NCBI GenBank assembly: GCA_964199315.1
Contig: OZ116699.1
Location: forward strand, 31,806,001-31,870,000
DNA length: 64,000 nucleotides
Origin: Orbicella franksi
Lineage: Eukaryota
Direction of reading: 5' to 3'
Shown: piece after piece, positions 27,501 through 36,366 of the stretch
How positions within the stretch are numbered: position 1 is the first letter of the stretch
Layout: every line of letters starts with the position of its first letter
Notes under the pieces: generated by a model
Seen by the model: the letters and a program-made list of their open reading frames with translations, nothing else
Told to the model about the DNA's origin: nothing
Databases searched by the model: none
Translations under genes and position numbers: made by a program

Positions 27501-30500
27501 CCCTCATTGAATGTGTGCACGTTAAGTGATTTTTTCTTTAAATTATTTTGGATTCCCACATAATTGCAACTGAATCAGTAGTTGGTATAGCATTGTCATT
27601 TAGGAAAAAGTGCTAAAACTGTACTGATTTCGAGCAAAGCTAAAGTGAAGCGAAACGGAAGTAGAGCTTCCTTCTCTTAATTTTAGCTTTTCTGTTAGCA
27701 GCTTTTCAGCCCAAATAATCTTTCATTATTGTACTAGGTAATTTCTGTCAGGAAAACCAAACCCCCTTTTACGCTACAGTACCTTGATCGCTGTTGCCAC
27801 AGTACCGCAGATAGCAGGTGGGTGTCCGAGCCAGCAAATACACGAAGTAACCACCGCAGTTACGAACCCGGATAAATATAGACCATTTGCAAGGATTGCC
27901 GGACCAATGAAAACAAACTTGGCGTGAGACAATCCCTTCAGCTACTGTTGGATGCGAGCCATTAAGCCAGCCTGGTGCATGCGTACCGCAGTGGTGTGTG
28001 GGTACAACTTGATCAGGCATTTGTGTGCCTGCGCCTCCTTCGAACTTATACCAATCCGTTGTAAATGGTCGATCACATTTGAAGCTATTAACGGTCTTGA
28101 ATCCTTTGGCACGGTCACTGTCACTCAGAACTTGGTAGTTTGAACATTCTAGAGAAAAGCAATTGTAAAAAAAAAAAAAAATTGCAGTTAACTGTCGTGA
28201 TAACCTTAAACGAGTGCTTAGTCATGCAGATGGTTACAGGATATGAGTTGAATTTGGATTTCCCTAGCTGCGTTCATAGTGTATACTTGCTGAAGAGTTG
28301 TCGGAAATATATTTCTTTTTGGTAGTGTAAATTGCAATGGCATTTATAATTCTTCACGAAAGTGAGAATTCCGTGGAAATTGACCTTTAGCAATTCATGT
28401 GCATGCTACTTGGAACTATTCCCTAACGTCTGACAGCAGTAGAGAGCTATTTAGGATTTCATTAAGTTTAACAGTCTGGTTAGCCTGGAAACGGTGCCTT
28501 CCAGAGAAAGCAGGAACCGTACTTTTTCGGGAATAATTTTGCCATTTAGTTATTAGAACGAACTGATCACAATGTCGTTAGCTTAAAATATCATTGTTTT
28601 AATTTTTTTTACTGCTTTGTCGGTAGTGGCTTGTTGTATAGCTCATGCAGCCGATCAAACTTCTTCAGTTATTTTTAGTAGAACATATTTGGCTTACCGC
28701 TGCTCCCAGGTGTCGTGGGCATGAGAGGAGTAGATGGGGGTGGCGGTGAGCCTCCTAGAAACAACACGAGCAACAGAGTTTGTCATGTCACCTAAGTTCA
28801 TGTCAGTGCGTATAAAGGAAAAGTCAATTGCAAAATAAGGCTAATAAATGCGCCGTAGAGACCAAACACCGATGGTCAGCAAAGGAGACATTCATCCCCT
28901 TGCAAGGCAGACCACCCTAAAGAAGAAAAAAACATCAAAACTTTTCGAGATAAAAGTACCAACAACAACCAATTTAATCATTTCTCGAAGCTAAGTACTG
29001 GGACCCTTACTTCCTTCTTTTTTAAAACATTTTCATTTTTTTTTTTTACAATTGCTTTTCTCTAGAATGTTCAAACACTGCATAAAACCTGACGAACTGA
29101 CAATGGTAACCTGCTTATAGTTTTATTATAGCTAGCTTGTAGCTCTTAACTGTTTTTGTGACCGTTGTAATCCTCAATGATTTTGATTATATATAATTCT
29201 CTTGCTTGCTGTACCAGATGATTTATTTCTGTGATTAACTAGTCACGATCTCATTAAAGATTCTTATAGTCAGCTACAAACATGTGACGTGTTCCAAACC
29301 TCCTCCTCCCGTGATTCCCGTGTGCTGCTTGATCCAAGCTCGGAACTTTGTGACTCGTGCGAACACAGAGAAAAGCTGGTTAGCATCGCATGATCCAGAG
29401 CCCCAACTGACGGCACCGTGCAGGGTGTAGGTTTTCATGTCCGAATTCAGGCACGCATACGGACCTCCACTGTCGCCATGACAACCGCTTAATATTGTAT
29501 TCTCGACGCCCGCGCACAACATTTGTGGAGTTAAAGGGATTGGAACTTGAAAGAGAGAATGATATATAAGCACAAATGAGATATCAGCCTGGAACTCGCA
29601 TATCTAATGTCCAGCCTAGTCTCGTGTTCAGTCAGGCCAAAGTTTTACTTAGCTTTTGACAACGAGGCCGTGACTTACACTCGGAATACGAAGCTGATTG
29701 ATCAATTCAATTCAATTCAGTTCAATTCTTTATTTACACTATACAGGTTATTTACATACAATTTAAAAGGTAACTGTACTGAAAATAATAAAAAATTAAG
29801 AAATGTGAAGCCACAAAGAAATAAAATTTGTTTGTGAGCGGTGACCAAAGTAGCAAGAGCTTTCTGGTTGGGCACAGACATGGTCAAATTAACGGCAGCA
29901 AAAAAATTAATTCAGCTGAGCTACATACACTACGTTACAACATACTGACATACAACATTCACACTAATAGCGACAAAATCAAACTAACAGCAAAATAAAA
30001 CAGCAGCAGCAAAATTTAGTTTGATTATTCCGGCAGAAGGTGACATTTGTACTCATTTCGGTTTCTATGATCTTTAGACAGCTATAATAGAACTTTTTGA
30101 AATACCTCCAGCGGCTTGAATCTTTTGTTGGCACTTCCCTTTGTCGATGGGCGGCATCATGGCCTGCTGTAGGATGGGATGAGAACTTCCTGGATGTTTG
30201 ATCTTTCCCCAGCCTAGAGAAAGCAATGGGATAATTTTGCAATTTTAAGCATCGATTAGATTCAAGAAATTAAGAATCAGAATCGAGTAATTTTTTCATG
30301 TATATTATTAATTTATTTATTTATTATTACTTTTTTGCCGACTGTAGCTCTTGTAATCTCACTTGGCAATGCACATTTGGAAAAAAAAGTGTACTTATCA
30401 TTTTCTCTTTACTTTTGTGTTCACAGTTTAAGATTGGTTTTCTAACAAATTAATCTTTCAATTGTTGGGAAGCAACGACAGCAATGAGCTCGGTGTTGGG

Positions 30501-32858
30501 TCTCGACTTCACCGAAGTTTATGTTTTATTTCCAACATTCTAGAGTAGAAAGGGAAAAGCGACAATTGCCGATCTAGATTCACCAAGGCCAACAAGACGA
30601 GTTAAATCTAATGGGAAATAATAGCAGTGGACAGATAACGCAAACATCCAGCTCATAGACTTTCCATACGTTGTCTTTAACCACACTATTGAAATCATCA
30701 AAGCGGTCACGCTGATCACCTGTGATGTAGCATTTTGATCCTATGGGAATATCGGAGTCATGAGATGGTAAGCAGATAGGATTCACTCTCTGGGAAAGCT
30801 TTACAGCACTGGCTAGTTGAATCAAGGCGATGTCATTGTTGATTACGCTTGGGTTATACTGTGGGTGGTAGATGATTTGTTTGGCTCCAACCGTTTCCTC
30901 TGTGCCCTCGTTTGTGTTGCGATTGTGATCACCCACGACAATTTTATAATCAGCAGGATTTCTACCAAAAAGACAAGGGAGAATGATGACTGGATGCTGA
31001 ATGAGTGTAGGGTAAAATTTTCGAGGAATAAACCCAGCAGGCTTTCACACTCTCTTACGACGGGGAATAGGGGATGGGGTGGCGGCGGGGTATGCCACCT
31101 CCTAAGGAACAATACAATTTAGCAACTTGAAGTGATTTTCGAACATCCACCGTCTTGAATGTGCCCATTTTGGGTCTGAATAGGATTTAAAGACATTTTG
31201 ACTGTTGGAAGGGTTGGTGGGGTAGTCAGGTTGTTTGGTTGGTTAGTCGGTCGATCGATCGGTAGGGTGGGCGGGGGGGTGGGGTGCGGTCGGTCGGTCG
31301 GTCGGTCGGTCGGTCGGTTGGTTGAATCTATTGTTGTTACTTGCAGCTATGCACTTTAAGCGAACACTTACAAACTGCCTGCCACGCAGTGAGCAGCGGT
31401 TACTATCCAGTCAGAACTAATCAGTGATCCTCCACAGATAAAACTTCCATAACGCTGTAAAGCTATCTAAAAAAATCAAACAAAATATTTTTTAATTTAC
31501 ATTCCTCATTTCTCTGCAAGCGATGTATTGACTGAGTTGAAGCAAAAGTTGAACCAACTGTAGTTTATTAGAGTGAGGATAATGAACTATAATCTACTAG
31601 TTTTCAGTCATCACTTATCACCAGTCACGTGATCAATGATAAGATAAGTTCCCTCCGTGCTGCACCCCATCCAACTGAGCAAATCAAACACATAACGTAA
31701 CAAAGGAAATATCTCGTAGAATTTTCCGTAACGGCTCGTGTACGCTTTGTTTTGTTCTTACCACATTTTGACGTCATCTGCGATTTATGACTAAGCAGAT
31801 GCACGGCAACATGGAGTCTATTTGTTAAGTAGACCGCTTTTGTGATCGTTGGTCTTACACTGTTACTGAAGAATTAGATGAAGTAAGTCCACAGTACTCC
31901 AACCTTCCCTGCCATTCGGATATCCTTAAGTAATCTGTGTTGTTTCAGGAAAATCTCCAGGCTATTACATCGATTGGCCGGGAAATGAGAGTAATAATAC
32001 AGTCATTCAAATCACCCATGACGTGAGGGAAAATAACACAAACATTCTGGTTTGAGGTGCACATTGAAAACTAAGAGCAGTGACGACGATTACAACGAGC
32101 AGGATTAAGATCCTAGTATTTTATCTTATATGATGACTGTGTATTCAGTCAGTTTGTTGCTTGAATTGAAGCGAGTCACTCCAAACAGCCAGAACGTAGA
32201 ACGCAATGAAATAGTTTCATGTCATGTACATTGTCTTTACCTGCCACGGCCAAGCTCCTGGCTTAGCATCCTGGCCTCCTATGACACGTGACTGAGAAAT
32301 GGGCGTAAAGCCACAGGGCAGTTGCCCTGCAATGAAATGAAAAGAAGAACGCAATTGTTGTAAGCTAGTGTACTGGGCTTGAATATAGATCGAGTAGGGA
32401 AACATATTGAAAAAAAAAACATTACTGACTTGAAAAGATGCATTGAGCGGATGAAACTTGGAGAGATGACATTGAAAACGTGAAGTGCGCCTTTAAAATA
32501 AACCACTCAAAACAGTTAAGAGAAGTGTTATTCCGTGTTATCTGATTAAAATCATTTCAAACTGAGCCCATCTTTAGCTGAGAAGCGATTAGAACGTTAA
32601 CTGAAGCCAAACTGGTGGCATGTGAACAATGATAAAAACCTGAATAAAATGGCAGAACAACTTCGGAACCATCAACATCCTTTAACACGAAAGAGAATGA
32701 CACGTTTCCCGATCATATTTTTAAAAAAATCCGTTAAAAACTAGGTATCGCTTTAAAAAAAAAAAAGATAGAAATAACCACGCGAATTCGTTTTCACCTG
32801 TTACAGTACTTCCTAACAGCAGCAGCAACACTAGTAGTATCATCTTGACTCCTTTCAT
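19550..32858 (-). CDS. Secreted tandem serine protease: SP - S1 protease 1 - P/T linker - D8C - linker - D8C - linker - S1 protease 2 (832 aa model)
   Basis: 14 phase-consistent GT-AG exons: 32798-32858 ([20 protein letters not shown]), 32241-32326 (LPCG...SR/VIGG...WPWQ), 31372-31466 (TAAHC), 30720-30961 (NDIAL), 30106-30213, 29300-29545 (GDSGGP), 28698-28754, 27783-28148, 25937-26011, 24981-25346, 23575-23634, 21365-21557 (SR/IVGG...TATHC), 20418-20567 (HDIAL), 19550-19943 (GDSGGP, stop). Sum 2499 nt = 833 codons including the stop. The domain calls are secure. Joining everything into one transcript depends on the weak donor at 29299 and spans an N gap. Confidence 0.8.
20090..20415. repeat. 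Decayed copy of the MITE-like family at 60410-60722
   Basis: gtcgagatggttggatatttgtcaaatttt...acgcttggtcaataaataaag...tttttcttgctggagac aligns by eye to gtcaagatggctggatattggtcaagtt...aagcttggtcaagaaagg...tttttcttgcgggac at 60435-60610. Confidence 0.55.
20684..20796. mobile_element. Short MITE
   Basis: Inverted ends taggctgcgaatgtagacgtacttccggctgtc / gacagccggaaacacgtctgcgtttgcaggcta. Confidence 0.65.
21558..21840 (-). mobile_element. Diverged copy of the CORE-like tRNA SINE at 33857
   Basis: Plus-strand text cccagcattacattcgccggtacacatttatataacgggtgaagaggcaccatgagag...cttgccttagaacacagcaca matches the reverse complement of 33857-34167. Its tail abuts the protease exon at 21557. Confidence 0.75.
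22420..22551. repeat. Palindromic interspersed repeat, followed by another common repeat to about 22790
   Basis: Perfect 15-bp arms cgagttatggatgca / tgcatccataactcg with an imperfectly palindromic interior. A diverged related copy lies at about 62030-62160. Confidence 0.65.
23215..23508. mobile_element. MITE-like element with CCCGGG termini
   Basis: Begins cccggggacgggggtgctcgtc and ends gtacgacgagcattccc...ctccccggg (imperfect inverted termini); internal repeated gaggtacc motifs. Confidence 0.55.
24981..25346 (-). CDS. UMOD/GP2/OIT3-like D8C domain exon, copy 2
   Basis: 366-nt phase 1-1 exon ECSNY...WYKF...[14 protein letters not shown]...VCFHW...C...[14 protein letters not shown]...CHLRYC with 8 Cys, matching the uromodulin D8C pattern. 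Confidence 0.92.
26702..26745 (+). repeat. (GACT)n microsatellite inside an unclassified interspersed repeat (about 26400-26948)
   Basis: About 11 GACT units read directly. Confidence 0.9.
26949..27087. other. Assembly gap (139 N) inside the protease intron between D8C-1 and linker 2
   Basis: Run of N; true gap length unknown. Confidence 1.
27130..27440 (-). mobile_element. 3'-terminal ORF2 relic of a CR1/L2-type LINE
   Basis: [27 protein letters not shown] resembles the conserved L2/CR1 ORF2 C-terminus (L.LP..RT..GQR.F.Y.A...WN.L); degenerate. Confidence 0.65.
27783..28148 (-). CDS. UMOD/GP2/OIT3-like D8C domain exon, copy 1
   Basis: 366-nt phase 1-1 exon with 8 Cys; 25 differences in 122 aa versus copy 2 by manual alignment (about 80% identity). 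Confidence 0.92.
29300..32858 (-). CDS. Signal peptide plus protease domain 1: chymotrypsin/elastase-2-type S1 peptidase (6 exons)
   Basis: R-VIGG activation site; TAAHC, NDIAL and [10 protein letters not shown] triad intact; Ser at position 189, Gly216 (VSWG) and Ser226 (FSVF). Confidence 0.95.
29700..29950 (-). mobile_element. LINE 3' end with (TTGAA)n tail
   Basis: caattcaattcaattcagttcaattctttatt is the reverse complement of an AATAAA plus tandem tail. Motif gtgaccaaagtagcaagagctttctggttgg resembles the reverse complement of 50090-50130. Confidence 0.55.
31240..31322 (+). repeat. (CGGT)n microsatellite with G-rich interruption
   Basis: ggtcggtcggtcggtc... read directly. Confidence 0.85.
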
Positions 32859-33508
32859 CAAAGATGAATGCAAAAATCAACTTTATCAAAGGCATTTATG
32901 CTCGCGAATTGATGGAGCCATTGACAAATTAAATTTTACTACTTTTAAAAAGGAAAACAAACTCGAGATTTCTTGAAATTTTTCTACAAATATTTTCTTT
33001 GCTAATCGATGTTCATAAAAGCAAGCCCCCTTGATTTTCTCGTCAAGACATTGAAAATGAACACAAACCTTTTGATTCAACCCACACACTACGTAAACAG
33101 CTGTATGTAAGACTAAACAAAACTGAATTAAGACCTTTCCAAAATTATTGCATTTGATTTTTAGCGTGCATAGGGCAGGGTTTGTATTTACCGAGCTGTG
33201 ATTACTCTGAGCAAGAAAAAAAACAATTAACATCGGATAATTATAAATCCTTTATAACCTAATTGCATTTTATACCTACCATATACATTACTCAGAGCTT
33301 TGTATTTTTTTAGCTGAGGCTAACTCTTGTTACCAAATGTGACCCGTTCCTTGAGTTCAATTAGCGATAAACTTTAAAGAGAAGCCGCCGGCATGTTGTT
33401 CATGCGAGTGTTTGCACCAGGAGGAGAAAATATTTATTCTTAATCCACAATGGGAATTTTGAGACTCAGTTTGGTCAAGAGATTATCTCTTGGTTTGGTA
33501 AAGTACTG

Positions 33509-33723
33509 GGCCCGGTTGTTCAAAACCACGATTAAACTAACCTCCGATTAAGCCTAATCGTCGATTAAATTTCCCAATCGTGGTTTAACCCGCCGATTAG
33601 AGTTTGATTAGCACCAATCGGGCTTTGAGCAACGCAATCTAATCGCAGATTTTAAAATTTTAATCGTCGGTTAATCAATTTAATTCCCGATTAGCGCTAA
33701 TCGCGGTTTTGAACAACCGGGCC
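33509..33723. mobile_element. PIF/Harbinger-type MITE
   Basis: TIRs GGCCCGGTTGTTCAAAACC / GGTTTTGAACAACCGGGCC (19 bp perfect), flanked by ctg / ttg (3-bp TSD with one mismatch); interior rich in aatcg/cgatt motifs. Confidence 0.8.
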
Positions 33724-33856
33724 TTGTTCTCTACCTTCAACATTCATCAAAAATAGGTTTTACTAAAACTCTCATTTTTGTAAAACGCAGCTGTTCTGCT
33801 AGGTATACTAAGATTACAGTTTTATAAACTTTTAAGTTTCTATAACGCATATTTAT

Positions 33857-34167
33857 GGGAGGCGCGGTGGCCTCATGGTTAGTGCGCTCGTCTCCGGATC
33901 AAGCGGTCCGGGTTCGAGCCGTGGCCGGGGACATTGTGTTGTGTTCTTGGGCAAGACACTTTACTCTCACAGTGCCTCTCTCCACCCAGGTGTATAAATG
34001 GGTACCGGCGAACTTAATGCTGGGGGTAACCCTGCGATGGACTAGCATCCCATCCAGGGGGGAGTAGAAATACTCCTAGTCGCTTCATGTTACAGAAACC
34101 GGGATAAGCTCCGGCCTGATGGGTCACTTGGCTCGTATGCAGACTTTACCTTACCTTCACCTTACCT
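33857..34167 (+). mobile_element. Full-length tRNA-derived SINE with CORE-like central domain and (TTACC)n tail
   Basis: A box ggtggcctcatggttag, B box gggttcgagcc, CORE-like cttgggcaagacactttac...gtataaatgggtacc, tail tttaccttaccttcaccttacc. Exact 10-bp flanking duplication cgcatattta at 33846-33855 and 34170-34179. Confidence 0.9.
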
Positions 34168-34559
34168 ATCGCATATTTAAAAAATAGATAACTGAAATTG
34201 AAAGAAAAGAGCGCGAACGCCTAACAGATACCGAAGCAATCCCTTAACCTGTAATGTGGCCCCCTGGGAATGATGGTATTCAACTGATTATTAGTAGTCT
34301 TGGGCCCATGACAGATTATTATTTTTTATATCTTATCCTTCATTAGTTAACTCTAAGTAAACTGCCTTGAAGTGTTGGTCTAAAATTTAACTAATCAACG
34401 GGTCAAGAGCTATAGAATTTCAGAGGTAGTCTTTGTAATGTGGTTCTCAGCCTGCGTGGATTTTCACTAGTTATGTGATGTGTAGAATGTTAATGAGTAT
34501 ATTCTATGTTCCCTTGTTAACTGAAGACAGACTGGGTTCACATGCTACTCTCATCATGT

Positions 34560-34850
34560 AACTGAATCAAATGACAGTGGAGGGCCACCATGCACACGTG
34601 CGCCACTATGCACACGTGCACCACCATTCACACTTGATATCATCGTGCGACCTCAGCTTCTTGCTGCTGCTTCCTTTGCGAGACGTGACCGCAAATGGGA
34701 CAAAAGCGTGGCTGATCACGCAAAAAATAATAACTGAATCAAATGACAATGGAAGACAAATGCACTATGCACACGTGATATCGTGCGATCTCCTTGCTAC
34801 ACTTTCCTTTGCAAGGTCTGATCGCGAAGAAGACAAAGACATGGCTGCTG
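34560..34850 (+). repeat. Local duplication (two related units about 172 bp apart) with an internal 18-bp triplication
   Basis: aactgaatcaaatgaca(g/a)tgga at 34560 and 34732; cca(c/t)atgcacacgtg-like unit three times at about 34585-34638. Confidence 0.7.
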
Positions 34851-36366
34851 ATCACGCAAAAATAGATTGTTTTGCTACCGATGCCGGATTATAGTTTAAG
34901 TTTAGTTCGATGTTAGTTCGATGCAATCAGGACAGGACCAGGGTCCTTTCAGTTGTTGCCAAAAAACAACTTTTATTGTGTTAAACGGCAAAATGACGGG
35001 GGGCAGAGAGAATTCTAACAAACGAAATAAATCACTTACAAATACTGGCGAATAAAACATCGTTGCGGTCTGTTGCCGTGCCAACAAAGTAACTAAATTT
35101 ATCCCTTATTCTCCTGCTTAGTTCACTGTAGTTCAATATTTACCCTGCGAAGGGTAAATGATACGAGATCTAAGTCATGATTCTTGGATCAGGCGTGAGA
35201 AGGAATGAAGGATACTCGGCATGTTCAGTTGTACAAGAAATGCTACTCTTTTATTGTGATAATCTTTACTTCCTTAAGAAGTCACAAATCGAGAGCAAAA
35301 AAGCATGGCAAGTGTTAATTAGAAGAGAGGGTAGATTTAACCCTAATGGATGAAAAGACGATTGAATTTAAAAAATCACTAACACTCCGTTGACCAAAAC
35401 TTGCTCCACCAGAGATACTGTCGCCGTGGCCAGTATATAGGGCTTCAGTAAAACTTCCCTGAGAGTATTCTCATCAGGGATAATCTTACGGATTCATCCG
35501 GTTGTAGAGCCACAGTTTGCAGCACAGCTGCCGCAAATTAAATTCCTCAAAAGTACCAAGTTTGAGGCAAATGTTATCCATGCGATGGATTTTGCATCTG
35601 TCTGTAACATACCTTGGATTGTATCTTGCCAGAAAGTGCGAAACTCGACAAACTTGCCGACAAATTGTGAAGCAACTTCCTCGACGGCAGATTCACCCAT
35701 GACACGAAGAGATCACGAAATTCGTCATTACGTGATCACCTTTTTTTTAAAATCATGTGAATGAAGCAAGTCACTTCAACAGACGTGAGAATCATATTTT
35801 CGAAATTTTGACCCCTTGGTCTCTAAACCAAAATATTCGCAATATTTTCACGTCTTCAGATAAATTTGCTGGTATGATCACAAAGAGCTGTCAAGAAAAA
35901 GTTAAAACTAGCTGATGAAAGACGAAATGTGTTTTTTCTGACAATTTATGTGGCTCTCGTGTTGTTATCCACTAAAAAAAAAAAACAGCTGGCAGCTGAT
36001 GAATACAGTTAAAAAAGTCCTTAAATTACCCGATCAGATTCTTTAGATTTCCTCTGTGTATTCGCTATTGTATTTACTTTTATCATTTTTATCCCTGTTA
36101 TTTATTGATTTATGATAAGATCTGCTGTTATTCATGAAAATAAAGTCATTCTATTACACTGAGGGAAGCCACAAGTATGTCTCAAAAATACTCTTTTTTT
36201 AAATTTGTTTAAAATTCTTATGCGACTGTAACTTTATAGATGAAGTCAAAATAGAAGATAATTGGATGAGTTTTTCCCTGATGTTCTGAATAACCAAGGG
36301 CTAGGTAAGAGTAACATAGTTGTTTTCCCCGTACATGTCATCATTTGTTGTCTAATCATGCCCACT

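Noticed and set aside
28870-28916. Possible extra exon in the protease intron (GGLPCKG...) with a good acceptor
   Set aside because: It is 47 nt, not a multiple of 3, and the required phase-1 frame hits TGA.
34902-35087. Minus-strand ORF ending PWSCPDC (PHD-finger-like end)
   Set aside because: The other PHD ligands are missing and there is no splice support; probably chance or a deep relic.
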